Shown here piece after piece: positions 13,846 to 27,609 of a stretch of DNA of 64,000 nt (within the stretch, counting starts at the first letter, position 1; every line of letters starts with the position of its first letter). The position numbers and the translations under genes were made by a program. The notes under the pieces are model-generated. The model made no database searches. It was not told the DNA's origin and saw nothing but the letters and a program-made list of their open reading frames with translations. Source of the DNA: Mobula hypostoma (lineage: Eukaryota); the NCBI RefSeq assembly GCF_963921235.1, contig NC_086097.1, positions 170,130,001 through 170,194,000 on the forward strand. Reading direction: 5' to 3'.

Positions 13846-14609
13846 CAGCGGTCCCCAACCATTGCGCCACGGACCGGTACTGGGCCTCAAAGCACGTGCT
13901 ACCGGGCTGTGAGGAAACGATATGAGTCAGCTGCACCTCTCCTCATTCCCTGTCACGCTGTGTTGAACTTGCACATAGGGTTGCCAACTGTCCCATATTT
14001 GCCGGGACATCCAGTATATTGGGCTAAATTAGTTTGTCCCGTATTTTCCCCGCTAAGGTAGAGCGTTCCTATGAAACCTTTCGTGCCGAAATGGCATAAA
14101 GAGAAGAAGCAATTACCATTAATTTATATGGGAAAAATTTTTGAGCGTTCCCAGACCTAAAAAATAACCGAACAAATCATACCAAATAACACATGAAACC
14201 GAAAATAAATAACACTAACATATAGTAAAAGCAGGAATGGTATGATAAATACACAGCCTATATAAATTAGAAATAATGTATGTACAGTATAGTCGGGAAC
14301 ATGAAGGCAAAACCGAGTTGTGGGGGAAAAAAAAATCTGCGTGTGTGCGCATGCGCACAGGTGCCCGCGCAAGGCTTCATTGTAATGCTAGTCTTTTCTG
14401 GGGTGAAGTGTACTGAGATTTGACTGCTACTTTTGTCCCTTATTTGGGAGCGAGAAAGTTGACAACCTTAACTGTAAAAGACATGTTGAGGTGAGTTTAA
14501 CCCTATTTGAACATCCTTCCCCCGCAACCCCCCCCCCGGGTCGGCCGGTCCGCGAGGATATTGTCAATATTAAACAGGTCCGCGTTGCAAAAAAGGTTGG
14601 GGACCACTG
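13846..14609. mobile_element. Non-autonomous hAT (Charlie-like) DNA transposon
   Basis: TIRs CAGCGGTCCCCAACC / GGTTGGGGACCACTG and an 8-bp TSD GTGTAGGA at 13838-13845 and 14610-14617. Confidence 0.9.
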
Positions 14610-15984
14610 GTGTAGGAGGCTGAGGGATCAGCTTATAGAGATTTATAAAATTATGAGGGGCATAGATAAGGTGAATGGCCAAAGTCTTTTTCCTCAGAGT
14701 ACGTTTAAAGTGAAAGAGGAAGGATTTAGAAGATTTGTGTGTCATTTTTAAATTGATTTGATTGTATTTCTTCGTTCAACTGTGAATGCCTGCAGTAAAG
14801 AATAACATGATAATACATGTTGATAATACATTTAATTTGAACTTTATGTAGACAAAGGAATGGTTATCATAGAATTGTATTTCTATGTTATATTGATTGT
14901 CTTGTTGTATATACTGTTTATTACAAATTACTATAAATTGCACATTGCACATTGAGATGGAGAAGTAACATAAAGGTTTTTACACCTCATTTATGTGAAG
15001 CATGCAAGTAATAAAGTCAATTTAATGCAATTCATTTAGGTCTTGATGGAAAGTCCAGACCTAAAACTTTGACCATCCCTTTGCCTCCACGGATGTTGCC
15101 CAATCCATTGAGTACCTCCAGTAGTCTGACCATTGCTCATGAATCAGGCAGAGATCATCAGGCCCCAGAGGCTTGTGGCTTTCAATTAGATCAATGCAAG
15201 GCTGCCCATCCGCTCTCCAGGTCTCATGCTGCTTAATACACTTACCTTTCCAACAGAAGACGGAGCTATATTCTTCAGTATAATCTCCAACACAAAAATT
15301 TTCTTGGCATTACTTTTAGGCTATCAATTTGATCATCTACCTACCTGACAGTAATTTGCATCACTGTGGAGGTTGGCAATAAAAAAAATACCATCAGAAG
15401 TTAATGTGTAATAAATACCCAAGTAAATTAGATAAATATGTTTGCTGGAAGTGGTTGATGCAATGTAAAACAAATGTAAAATCACTTTAATGTAACTGAT
15501 GTAATTACATGTTAATGACAGTAATTTGTTGTAGGTGTACAATAGGAATAATTTAATTTGTTTAATTGAATGTATTTTGCTTTATAACAGTGCAGGAAGC
15601 TGTGAGCTGCATTTAATATTTTCCCTTATGATTATTTTGTTCTACTCTTATGTGCTGATGTGGCAATTATTTACCAATTTAAATTGGTAAAGGCATCGAC
15701 TGTCCTGTTAACTAGAACCACTCATGTTTCGAAAGGGTCATGAAGGGATGGTCATTGGGATGTTTTTTAATATATTTCTCTACTAGTTTCATCCTCTGCT
15801 TTGCTGAAGGGTTGACTTCTTGGTCCATTAGGGTCCTTGCACATCAGCACAGCAACCATTATTCATGTGTAACACACTGAAGACTGGAGGTTCTCAGCAA
15901 GGCAGGCCACATCTATGAAGGGAAATAGACAGGTGAAATTTGGGCCGAGACATTTCATCTGACTAAAAGCTTGATGGGAGTACA

Positions 15985-16250
15985 GTAAGACCATACGACC
16001 ATAAGACATAGTAGCAGAATTAGGCCATACAGCCCATCAAGTCTGCTCCACCATTCCATCATGGTTGATCCCGAATCCCACTCAACCCCATACACCTGCC
16101 TTCTTGCCATATCCTTTGATGCCCTGACTGATCCGGAAACAATCAACTTCCTCCTTAAATATATGCATGGACTAGGCCTCCACTGCAGTCTGTGGCAGAT
16201 CATTCCACAGATTCGCCATTCTCTGGCTAAAAAAATTCCTCCTTGCCTCT
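15985..16250 (-). mobile_element. CR1 3' end fragment
   Basis: ACCATA(A/C)G-repeat tail and similarity to 5325-5580. Confidence 0.75.
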
Positions 16251-16254
16251 GTTT

Positions 16255-16615
16255 TTGGCTGTGGAATGTTGGAGCCAGATGGGGTGGTTTAAGTATCTCA
16301 GAAGCTGCTGATCTCCTGGGATTTTCACAGACAACAGTCTTTAGGATTTATAGAGAATAGTGCAAAAATTGAAAAAAAAACATCCAGTGAGTGGCAGTTC
16401 TTGGGTAAAAGTACCCTGATAATGAGAGAGGTCAGAGGAGAGTGGCTAGACTGGTTTAAGCTGACAGGAAGGTGACAGTAACTTAGATAACCACATGTTG
16501 CAACAGTGGTGTGCAGGAAAGTATCTCTGAATGCACATCACATTGGACCTTGAAGTGGATGGACTACAGCAGCAGAAGACCATGAACGTACACTCAGTGG
16601 CCACTTTATTAGGTC
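16255..16615 (+). mobile_element. Tc1/mariner relic (N-terminal HTH of transposase plus TIR-like sequence)
   Basis: GLSISEAADLLGFSQTTVFRIYRE, and TACACTCAGTGGCCACTTTATTAGG at about 16589-16613. Confidence 0.75.
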
Positions 16616-16624
16616 AGCAGGTAC

Positions 16625-16875
16625 TTCATATAATGGCTGCCATATGTGTAGTTTGGAAGAGGATTACTCAGGTAGTGATCATGGGTTCATGGACTGTTCA
16701 GAAATCTGATGATGGAGGGGAAGAAGCTGTTCCTAAAACATTGAGTGTGGGTTTTCAGACTTCTGTACATCCTCCCTGATGGTAGTAATGAGAGAAGGGC
16801 ATATCCCAGATGGTGAGGTTCCTTTATGGTGGATTATGCCATCTTGAAGCACCGCTTTTTAAAGATATCTTCAAT
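16625..16875 (-). mobile_element. Old Rex1-like fragment interrupted by a young Rex1 copy (resumes 18943-19000)
   Basis: Similar to 19900-20200, and the sequence is continuous across the TCAAT duplication. Confidence 0.6.
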
Positions 16876-18942
16876 CATAGTCATAGTCATTGTCATACTT
16901 TATTGATCCCAGGGGAAATTGGTTTTCGTTACACTTGCACCATAAATAATAAATAGTAATAGTAATACTACTATTAGTAAATAGTAATAGTCATGGAAAT
17001 AATAACTAGTAATAGAATAGTAATAGAAAAATAGTAATAAATAGTTAAATAGTAATATGTAAATTATCCCAGTAAATTATGAACTAAGTCCAGGACCAGC
17101 CTATTGGCTCAGGGTGTCTGACCCTCCAAGGGAGGAGTTGTAAAGTTTGATGGCCACAGGCAGGAATGTCTTCCTATGATGCTCTGTGCTGCATCTCGGA
17201 GGAATGAGTCTCTGGCTGAATGTACTCCTGTGCCCATCCAGTACATCATGTAGTGGATGGGAGACATTGACCAAGATGGCACGCAACTTAGACAGCATCC
17301 TCTTTTCAGACACCACCGTGAGAGAGTCCAGTTCCATCCCCACAACATCACTGGCCTTACGAATGAGTTTGTTGATTCTGTTGGTGTCTGCTACCCTCAG
17401 CCTGCTGCCCCTGCACACAAGAGCAAACATGATAGCACTGGCCACCACAGACTCGTAGAACATCCTCAGCATCGTCCAGCAGATGTTAAAGGACCTCAGT
17501 CTCCTCAGGAAATAGAGACGGCTCTGACCTTTCTTGTAGACAGCCTCAGTGTTTTTAGACCAGTCCAGTTTATTGTCAATTTGTATCCCCAGGGATTTGT
17601 AATCCTCCACCATGTCCACACTGGCCCCCTGGATGGAAACAGGGGTCACCGGTCCCTTAGCTCTCCTCAGGTCTACCACCAGCTCCTTAGTCTTTTTCAC
17701 ATTAAGCTGCAGATAATTCTGCTCACATCATGTGACAAAGTTTTCTACCGTAGCCCTGTACTCAACCTCATCTCCCTTGCTGATGCATCCAACTATGGCA
17801 GAGTCATCTGAAAACTTCTGAAGATGACAAGACTCTGTGCAGTAGTTGAAGTCCGAGGTGTAAATGGTGAAGAGAAAGGGAGACAAGACAGTCCCCTGTG
17901 GAAGCCCCAGTGCTGCTGATCACTCTGTCGGACACACAGTGTTTCAAGCACACGTACTGTGGTCTGCCAGTCAGGTAATCAAGAATCCATGATACCAGGG
18001 AAGCATCCACCTGCATCGCTGTCAGCTTCTCCCCCAGCAGAGCAGGGCAGATGGTGTTGAACGCACTGGAGAAGTCAAAAAACATGACCCTCACAGTACT
18101 CGCTGGCTTGTCCAGGTGGACGTGGACACGGTTCAGCAGGTAGATGATGGCATCCTTAACTCCTAGTTGTGGCTGGTAGGTGAACTGGAGGGGATCTAAG
18201 CGTGGCCTGACCATAGGCCGGAGCAGCTCCAGAACAAGTCTCTCCAAGGTCTTCATGATGTGGGAGGTCAATGCCACCGGTCTGTAGTCATTGAGGCCGC
18301 TGGGGCGCGGCGTCTTCGGCACGGGGACGAGGCAGGATGTCTTCCACAGTACAGGAACCCTCCGGAGCCTCAGGCTCATGTTGACTACATGGCGAAGTAC
18401 TCCACATAGCTGAGGGGCACAGGCTTTGAGCACCCTGGTACTGACACCATCCGGTCCTGCAGCCTTGCTTGGGTTGAGACGTTTCAGCTGTCTTCTCACC
18501 TGTTCAGCCGTGAAGCCCACTGTGGTGGTTTCGTGTGGGGAAGGGGTATAGTCATGAGAGCAGGGTGGGGGACTGTGAGGAGGGGTAGGAAGGGAGAGTG
18601 GAATATGTGTTGGTTGGGGGCCGAGAACAGATGGTTCATGTAGGGAATGGGTAGTGGTCACAATGTCAAATCTGTTAATGAACAGGTTAAGTTCGTTGGC
18701 CCTGTCCACACTGCCTTCAGCTCCTCTGTTGCTAGTTTGCCGAAACCCAGTGATGGTCCTCATCTCCCTCCAGACCTCTCTCATGTTGTTCTGCTGGAGT
18801 TTCTACTCAAGCTTCCTCCTGTACCTGTCTTTAGCCTCCCTGATCCTGGCTTTCAGGCCCCCCTGTATTGTCCTCAGCTCCTCCCTATTTCCATCTCTAA
18901 ATGCCCTCTTTTTAGCGTTCAGGATGTCCTTAATGTCCTTTG
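16876..18942 (-). mobile_element. Rex1/Babar LINE, 5'-truncated and young
   Basis: KAAGPDGV, NDYRPVALTS, FFDFSSAFNTI, KTKELVVD and RLYFLRRLRSF motifs; AATAAA plus (ATGACT)n tail; TSD-like TCAAT at 16871-16875 and 18943-18947. Confidence 0.92.
16945..17060. repeat. (AATAGT)n-like low-complexity expansion in the Rex1 3' UTR
   Basis: Repeated AATAGT/TAGTAA units; the equivalent region in the sister copy (about 51535-51580) is much shorter. Confidence 0.7.
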
Positions 18943-19071
18943 TCAATGGTGGAGAGGGTTGTGTCCATGGTAGAACTGGCTGAGTCGACAATCCTCTGCC
19001 ACCTTACTTGGTTCACAATTTCAAAACTCAAACTAAATTTACTTTCAGAGTATGTATATATCACCTTAAGG

Positions 19072-19635
19072 TTGTTATAGATGGTAATGGGGACAAGCTC
19101 CCACTGTCTATTAGATACCCCCAATGGTGTGCACCTCAAATAGCCTCTGACAACCAAGTCCAGCTCCTGGCCTTCATGAGTGGCTTAGTTACTAAGCCCT
19201 GCAGAACCATTTCTCCTGACAGGAGAAGGGGAAAAAGTAGGTTACTGGCACCTTAACACCAGCCACTTCAGTCAGATGGGGCTTGTCAGCCATGGCTAGC
19301 AGTTCATCTAGGAGAAGGAAAACTCTAATTTCAAGCCTCCGCTGCCTTGCGGCTATACCCACTCATGGGGAAGGCTTCAGGAGTAAACACCGAGGGAAAA
19401 ACTGGAGGTGGAGTCCCTAAGGCACCTACATTGAGTTCAATGCTGACTGGCAACTCCTGCGACGCTTCTGGTACCAACTGTATCGGTCTCAGTTCCTTTG
19501 GGTTCATCAGATGCATGGAGGAAGGGAGCTTGCTATGTGGACAATAGCTTGCTCTCACATTGGACTGCCCAGCCTTGCGTATCTAGACAGCTAAGGTGCA
19601 ACATTCACAGTCAACTCTGACCGATGGAAGCTTCA
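19072..19635 (+). mobile_element. Probable RTE-derived non-autonomous element (5' UTR joined to 3' end)
   Basis: RTE 5'-UTR-like text (CATCTAGGAGAAGGAAAACTCT...GGAGTCCCTAAG), inserted into a Rex1-like tail. Family assigned from memory only. Confidence 0.45.
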
Positions 19636-19649
19636 GACTCAGGCTCAGG

Positions 19650-20788
19650 TATACTAGCTTGATATTCATTTTCTTGCAGGCATTCACAGTAGAACAAGGA
19701 AATACAACAGAATCAATGAAAAAGTAAACTTAAAGACAGACAAACAACCAACGTGCAACGAACGCAAACTGCAAATACAAAAATAAATAATAATAAATAA
19801 ATAATAAATGAATAATTCTGAGAACATTAGTTGTAGGGTCCTTGAAGGTGAGTACATACGTTGTGGAGTTAGTTCAGAGTTAAAGTGAGTGAAGTTATCC
19901 AAGCTGGTTCAAGAACCTGGTGATTTGAAGGGTAATAATTATTCCTGAAACTTGTGATGTTGTACCTAAGGCTCCTGTACATCCTTCCTGATGGCAGCAG
20001 CAAGAAGAGAGCATGGTCTGGATGGTTGGGGTCCTTGAGGATAAATGCTGTTTTCTTGTTATAGTGCTTCTTGTAGATGTACTCAATGGTGGTGAGGGCT
20101 TTTCCTGTGATGGATTGGAATGTATCAACCATCTTTTGTAGACTTTTCCATTCTTGAACATTGGTATTTCTATACCAGACAGTGATGCAACCAGTCACTG
20201 TTCACATAGAGGTTTTTCAAAGTTTTAGATAACATATCGAGTCTGCAGCAACTTCTCAGAAAGTGGAGGCACTGTCTTTGTAAGGGCACTTAAGTGCTGC
20301 TCCCAGGACAGATCCTCAGATATGATAATGCCAAAGAATTTAAATAGACTGAATATCTCCACCTTGATCCCTTAATGAGAACTGGCTCATGGACCTCTGA
20401 TTTCTTCCTTCTGTAGTTAATATTCAGTTCTTTGGTTTTGCTGACGTTGAGTGAGAGGTTGTTGTTGTGGCACTGTTCAACCAGGTTTTTAATCTCCCAC
20501 CTATATTCCGATTTCTCACTACCTTTGATTTGGCCAACAACAGAAAACTTAAGAATGGCATTGGACCTGCACTTAGCTTCACAGTTACAAGTATAAAATA
20601 AGTAGAGGAGGGGGTTAAGCACAAGTCCTTGTAGTGCACCTGTGCTGATGGTGATTGTGGATGAGACACTTTTGCCAATTCATGCTGACTGGGGTCTGTA
20701 AGTGAGCAAATCAAGGATACAGCTGCACAAGGAGGTATTGAGACTTTGGTCTTGAAGCTAATTGATTAGTCTTGAGGAGACGATAGGA
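19650..20788 (-). mobile_element. Degenerate Rex1-like LINE, 3' part
   Basis: LTGCITVWY, PDHALFLLLPSGRMYRSL and NNLSLNVSKTKEL motifs. Confidence 0.85.
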
Positions 20789-22480
20789 CATAGAACATGG
20801 GTTGTGCCAACCATGTAACCTACTCTAGAAACTGCCTAGAATTAGCCTACTGCGTAGCCCTCTATGTTTCTAAGGTCAATATACCTATATGAGAGTCTCT
20901 TCAAAGACCCTATTGTATCTGCCTCCACCACCATCGTCGGCAGAACATTCCATGCACCCATCACTCTCTGTGTGAGAAACTTACCCCTGACATCCCTTCT
21001 GTACCTACTTCCAAGCACCTTAAAATTATGCCCCCTTGTGTTCGCAATTTCAGCCCTGGAATAAAACCTCAGGCTATCCACATGATCAATGCCTCTCATC
21101 ATTTTATACACCTCTATCAAGTCACCTCTCATCCTCTGTTCACTCAACCTATTCTCATAAGGCACATTCTCCAATCCAGGCAACATCCTTGTAAACCTCG
21201 TCCGTACTTTTTCTATAGTATCCACATCCTTCCTGTAGTGAGGTGACCAGAACTGAACACAATACTCCAAGTGAGATCTGACCAAGGTCTTATATAGCTG
21301 TAACATTAACTCCTGGCTCTTGAACTAAATCCCATGGTTGATGAAGGCCAACACACCATACACCTTCTTTACAACATTGTCAATCTGCGCAGCAGCTTTG
21401 AGTGTCCTACGGATACGGACCCCAAGATCTCTCTGATCTTCTACACCACCAAGAGTCTTAACATTAATACTATATTCTGTCTTCAAATTTGACCTACCAA
21501 AGTGAACCACTTCACACTTATCTGGATTGAACTCCATCTGCCACTTCTCAGCCCAGTTCTGCATCCTATCGATGTTCTGCTGTAACTTCTGACAGCCCTC
21601 CAGACTATCCACAACACCCCCAACCTTTGTGTCATCAACAAAGTTACTAACCCACCCCTCTACTTCTTCATCTAGGTCATTTATAAAAATCACAAAGAGT
21701 TTGGATCCCAGAACAGATCCCTGCGGAACACCACTGGTCACCATCCTCCACACAGAATATGAACCATCTACAACCACCCTTTGCCTTCTGTGGGCAAGTC
21801 AGTTCTGGATCCACAAAGCAAGATCTCCTTGGATCCCATGCCTCACTACTTTCTGAATAAGCTTTGCATGTGGACCCTTATCAAATACCTTACTGAAATC
21901 CATATACACTCCCTCCACTGCTTTACATTAATCAATGTATTTGTTACATGCTCAAAGAATTCAATCAGGTTTGTAAGGCATGACCTGCCCTTGATAAAGT
22001 CATGCTGACTATCCCTAATCAGATTATATCTCTCCAATTGCTCATAAATCTGGTCTATCAGGATCTTCTCCGACAACTTGCTCACCACTGAAGTCAGACT
22101 CACTGGTCTATAATTTCCTGGGTTATCTCTACTCCCTTTTCTGAACAAGAGAACAACGTTTGCAACCTTCCAGTCCTCCGGTACTTCTCTCTTCCTTATT
22201 GATGATGAACAGATCATTGCCAGAGGCTCAGCAATCTCCTCCCTCACTTCCCATAGTAGCCTGGGGTACATCGCATCTAGTCCCAGCAACTTATTTAACT
22301 TAGTATCTTTCAAAAGCTTCAGCACATCTTCTTCCTTAATGTCGATATGCTCAAGTGTTTCAGATCACTGTAAGTCATCCCCACAATTGCCAAGGTCTTT
22401 TTCCCTGGTGAGTACTGAAGCAAAGTATTCATTAATTACCTCCGCTTCCTTCTCCAACTCCATGCACACTCTTCCACTAT
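20789..22480 (-). mobile_element. CR1 LINE (RT to 3' end) nested in the Rex1-like element
   Basis: [25 protein letters not shown] and HLEYCVQFWSP motifs. Confidence 0.92.
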
Positions 22481-23090
22481 CACCCTTGATAGTATTGAAT
22501 GCTGAACTGTAGTCAATAACGAGCATCCTGATGTTTGCATCTTCACTGTTCAGCTGTTCCAGAACTGAATGAAGAGCCAATGAAATGGCATCTACTGTTT
22601 ATCTGTTGTGACGTTACGCAAATTGGAACAGGTCCTGTGCAATGGAGGCTCCATATTAGACAGTGATGCAACCAGTCAGAATGCTCTCGACAGTGTATCA
22701 GTTGAAATTTATTAGAGTCTTTGGTGATATACCAAATCTTCTCAACACCTAATGAAGTAGAGCTGCTGACATGCTTTCTTCATGATTGCATTGCTTTGTT
22801 AGGCCCAGGATAGATCCTCAGAGATGTTGGTGCCCAGGAAATTGGAACTGCTCAACCTCAAAGAGGACTGGTGTGTGTTCTCCTGACTTCCCCTTCCTGA
22901 AATCTCCAATCAATTCCTTGGTTTTGCTGATGGTGAGTTTGAGGTTGACTCCATTCAACCAGCCAATATAGTTCACATCTGTATGCCTCCTCGTCACCAT
23001 CTAAGATTCTGCCCACAGTGGCATCATTGCCAAATTCATAGATGACATTTGGGCTGTGCCTAGCCATATAGTCATGAGTGTAGAGACTTT
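22481..23090 (-). mobile_element. Rex1-like RT fragments
   Basis: RMLVIDYSSAFNTI and LTISKTKELIGDFRK. Confidence 0.75.
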
Positions 23091-23225
23091 CCAAGACTCT
23101 CAGTTGATTCTTGACGCTATGTGAATGTATTGAATTGAGTGATGATTGGAGTCCGTGATGGCGTGGAACTCAAGAGTATTCTGGAAGTGCATGGGATGGA
23201 TAATGGGCAGATGGAAGGAGATGGG

Positions 23226-23685
23226 GCAGCTCCTACCCATTCCTATTCAGTCATGTCAGTCCTCTACTGCCACAATGAGGCTACTCTTAGGTTGGAGGAG
23301 CAATACCTCATATTCCATTTGGGTAGCCTCCAACCTGAGGTCATAAGCATTGATATCTCTAACTTTCAGAACATTCTTCCCTCTTCCCTTTCTCTTTGCT
23401 TTCCATTCCCCTTTCTGACTCCACTTATCAGCTGACATTAATCTTCCTCTAGTGCTCCTCCTCCTTCCCCTTCTCCCATGGTCCACTCTCCTCTCCTATC
23501 AGATTGTTTCTTCTCAGCTCTTTTCCTCTTCCACTTGTTACCTTCCAGCTTATAACTCCCTCCCCCAACCACCCACTTTTCCCCTCACTTGGTTTCGCCT
23601 ATCATCTGTCAGTTTGTATTCTTTCCCCACCCGTTCTTCTTATCCTGGCTTCTTCCCCATTTCTTTCCAGTCCTAATGAAGTCTC
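23226..23685 (+). mobile_element. Penelope-like element, C-terminus plus 3' repeat
   Basis: EATLRLEEQYLIFHLGSLQP (distal to GIY-YIG), ending in a truncated AGTCCTAATGA motif. Confidence 0.8.
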
Positions 23686-23904
23686 TGTCTCTACCCTGCT
23701 CCTCCCTTGCCCACACTTGGTTCTCTTTCACTTCTATGTACTGGCTCTTTGTATCAGTTTCTAACTCTTTATAACAGCTTTAGTTAACACATCCATCCAA
23801 AATGTAGATGGAGATGCCTGCCTGCAGGAAACATGTACTGTAAAAGGGTGAACTGAATGAGCTTGATCTATTTCTTGCATTATATCAGAGAACTAGAGGT
23901 CCTC

Positions 23905-25095
23905 ATCTTCTGGGATATGCACCCTTCTCATGACTACATCAGTGAGAAGATATAGGAGCCTGAAGACCCACACTCAGTATTTTAGGAACAGTTTCTCTGT
24001 TATCAGATTTCAGAATGGTCCATGAACTCATGAAAACTATCTTGTTATAACTTTCATTTGCTCTATTTATTTACTTTTGTGTATTACAGCTTTATGTCTT
24101 TGTATTGTTCTGCTGCCACAAAACAGCAAATTTTATATCAGTCTGTGAGTTTGCTGATGATGCCACTGTCATTGGCCAAAGCAAAGGTGGTGATGAATTA
24201 GCATATAGGAGGGAGATGGAAAATCTGGCTGAGTCGTGCCACACCAACAACCTCACACTGAACGTCAGCAAGACCAAGGAGCTGATTATTGACTTCAGGA
24301 TGAGGAAACTGGAGGTCCATGAGCCAGTCTTCATTAGGGGATCAGAGGTGGGGACGGTCAGCAACTTTAAATTCCTTGGTGTTATCATTTCAGAGGACTT
24401 GTCCTGGGCTCAGGGATTACAATGAAAGAACAGCAGCACCCCTACTTCCTTAGAATTGTCATGACATCTAAAACATTGACAAACCTCTATAGATGTGTGG
24501 TGGAGAGTATATTAACACTAATGCCCTTGAACAGAAAATCCTACAAAAAGTAATGGATATGGTTCTGTCCATCAGGACTAAAGCCCTTCTCATCATTGAG
24601 TATATTCACATGGAGTGTTATCGCAGGAAGGCAGCATCCATCATCAGGGATTCCCATGTCATGCTTTCTTCTCGTGCTGCCATCAGGAAGAAGGTACAGA
24701 AACCTCAGGACTCTTGCCACCAGGTTCAGGAATAGTTATTACCCTTCAAGCAACAGGCTCTTGAACAAGTGGGGATAACTTACCTCAACTTTACTAGCCC
24801 ATTCAATGAACTGTACCCACAGCCTATGGATTCACTTTCAAGGATTCTTCATCTTATGTTCTAAGTATTTATTGCTTATTTATTCATTATTATTACTTTT
24901 TTCTTCTGTGTTTGCACAGTTTGTTGCTTGTTTATCCAACCTGTTGGGTATGGTCTTTCATTGATTTGATTATGGCTCTTGGATTTATTGAGTGTGCCCA
25001 CAAGGAAACACTAGGTTGTGTATGGTGACATATATGTGACTTTGATAATAAATTTACTTTGAACTTGGATAATGATTCTGGTTCTGATTCTGACT
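23905..25095 (+). mobile_element. Rex1-like LINE fragments
   Basis: FADDATVIG, NNLTLNVSKTKELIIDFR and LPSGRRYRNL motifs, with a (TTCTGA)n-like tail. Confidence 0.85.
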
Positions 25096-25469
25096 GAGGG
25101 TAAATCCATATGGAGATCTTCATCTTCTGGGGGAGTAGTCTCCTTGCCCATCTCAATGCAAAGGTCACTTGCTCTATGTTGCTCATTTTACAGTATTTGT
25201 GAAATGTAGCTCCATTTCCAATAGAACCACATTTCAGAAAGCAGGATTATTGTGGTTGTGTGGTGTATTTAACATTGACTGGTCAGGATAAGTTTCCAGC
25301 CAAACATGTTCATTTGTTTGTATTGGTAATAGATGAAGTCAAGATCATTAACAAATGGCCTTTCTTCACTGAACAGAACAGAGATGATTTCCTTACTGCT
25401 GTTCTCTTCTTTTGTGATCAAAGCCACCCACAGAGCAGGAAGGGGGTGGCACGGCAGCATTACAAGTAG

Positions 25470-25660
25470 CATAATATTATCACAGTGAATTGAACCCAGA
25501 ATTCAATTCTATAGCTGTTGGGAAGGAGTTTGTATGTTGTCTTTGTGTTTCCTCCAAGTGTTCTGGTTTCCTCACACATTCCAATGATGAATGGGCTGCA
25601 CAGACTTATTGGGCTGGAAGAGCCTGTTAATGTGCTGCATCTTTAAATAAAAATAAAAAA
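25470..25660 (+). mobile_element. V-SINE/HE1-like fragment
   Basis: GTTTCCTCCAAGTGTTCTGGTTTCCTCACACATTCCAA V-domain-like core. Confidence 0.55.
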
Positions 25661-26608
25661 AATACCACCCAAGCAGTGAGACAGAGGTCTATAAGAGTTG
25701 CTATCTTTTAATTACACCTTCCTGCTCTGTGGATGTCTCTGATCACAAAGAATCAACAGTGGCAAAGAAAAAATCTGTGTTCTGTTAAGAGAAATCAAAT
25801 CCTTGACTGATTGAACAAATCAGTAATCGCTCAAGGATGCATTTCTTCTACTTCACAGGTTCTGAGACTGGCCTTCTGCACTCAGTTCCTTCCTGTTCTC
25901 CAACCAGCTAATTAGAGTTTCTTTCACTTGTCCCACAACTAACCAGCTCTCTCACTGAGATTGTCTCCAAGTCAGAGAACTGCAGTATGCAGAGGTTACT
26001 CTTCAGGCTTTAATGTTATCTGTTCTCTCCCAGAGATTTGATTTTAAATTGTCTGTTAACAGTTTTATTATTTGCGTTGGAAAATGATTGAAGACAGTAA
26101 TCTTTTGTAAAACTTTCAAATTTAAAATATTTATGAGATGGAAGAGATTATTTTGACAACATCAGGTGAAAGTTCCAACCAGATGCGATTCCAGAGAGCA
26201 TAATTTTGCATTAATTGCCAATCTCACTCAGGCACATCCCAAGGAAGAATGCTTGGGGAAATAAAATGAAATTTAACAGAGGTGTTCAAAATTATGAATG
26301 TCTTTGATAAAGTAGATGTGGAGAAACTGCTTCCACTACTAGAGGGGTCAGTAATCAGGGGAAAGAGATAATTGGAAAGTGAACCATAGCTGGGGATAGA
26401 AGTAGGAACATATGCTGAATGTTTATATTCTTTGAGTTGTTGCAAGTTGAATGCAATACCTGTTACAACAGTGGAAGCAGATTTTAGAGCATTTTCAGCT
26501 TTTGATTTTAAATTTCAGCAGTCATTTGTTCAGATTGGTTGGTTACTCCGCAGATACGATACTGTTATTTAAGTGGCTGTTAGGTAGGCTCATGAATGTA
26601 CAGAGAAC

Positions 26609-26831
26609 GGATGCTTTTTTTTGCCGGTGGGACGAGGGGGGATTGTTGCTCACTGCTGCTTCTGCGCGGGGGGGGTGGAGCTGGGGGGCGACTTTGGGGT
26701 TCTTACGTTTATCTGTCATTCATTCTTTGGGGCACTTCTCTGTTTTTAATGGCTGTTTGTGAAGAAAAAGCATTTCAGGATGTATATTATATACATTTCT
26801 CTGACATTAAATTGGACCTTTAAACCTTTGA
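26609..26831 (+). mobile_element. 3' piece of the non-autonomous family seen at 38613-43341
   Basis: Reverse-complement match to 38613-38727 plus 42664-42742. Confidence 0.7.
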
Positions 26832-27311
26832 AGGTTTGACATGGATCATGGATAGCAGAAGAAATTCAGTTTAATTTAGCAGGGTGTTTGGTATGGACAT
26901 GATGGACCCAAGGGCTTGTCCCTGTGCTGTACTATTCTCTCTGTACCTGCATAAAATGGAGGAAGGAAGGGGACAATAGGCAGGAGCGAAAGAACAAGCA
27001 AAAATGAAGAATTCTGAAAGCACAGTTAAAGGGGAAGATCCTTGTCTTGTTTGCAATAAGGGTTGGTCAATGATCCACAGACCATCAATTTCAATGTGTG
27101 CCATTGATAGCTCTGTTTTTAATTAGCAGGCAGTAGCTCATCGACAGTAACAGCAACAAGCTAGCTGCTGACTGTTGAGGTGCTGACACACTGATTAATT
27201 ATGAGGCTAGAAAAGCCAGAAGCTTTAACTCACAAGCTGGAATCCAGAGTTTTGGACAACGTTATATGATTTCATTTATGTTTTCCCTGTGAATGTTATT
27301 TCTCTAATGTT

Positions 27312-27609
27312 GTGTGGCCAAGTGGTTAAGGCGTTCGTCTAGTGATTTGAAGGTCGCTAGTTCGAGCCTTGGCTGAGGCAGCATATTGTGTCCTTGTGCA
27401 AGGCACTTAACCACACACTGCTCTGCGACAACACCGGTGCCAAGCTGTATGGATCCTAATGCCCTTCTCTTGGATAACATCGGTGGCGTGGAGAGGGGAG
27501 ACTTGCAGCATGGGCAACTGCTGGTCTTCCATACAACCTTGCCCAGGCCTACGCCCTGGAAACCTTCCAAGGCACAAATCCATGGTCTCATGAGACTAAT
27601 GGATACCTA
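27312..27609 (+). mobile_element. tRNA-derived SINE with RTE-like tail
   Basis: Pol III A box TGGCCAAGTGG and B box GTTCGAGCC, flanking duplication TAATGTT(GTGTG), and a second copy at 34944-35250. Confidence 0.85.

Noticed and set aside
15240..15350. Strong minus-strand splice donor AAG|GTAAGT
   Set aside because: No good acceptor or recognisable coding frame upstream.
27312..27385. tRNA gene
   Set aside because: It is a SINE head: it continues into a body of about 230 bp that is repeated at 34944-35250.
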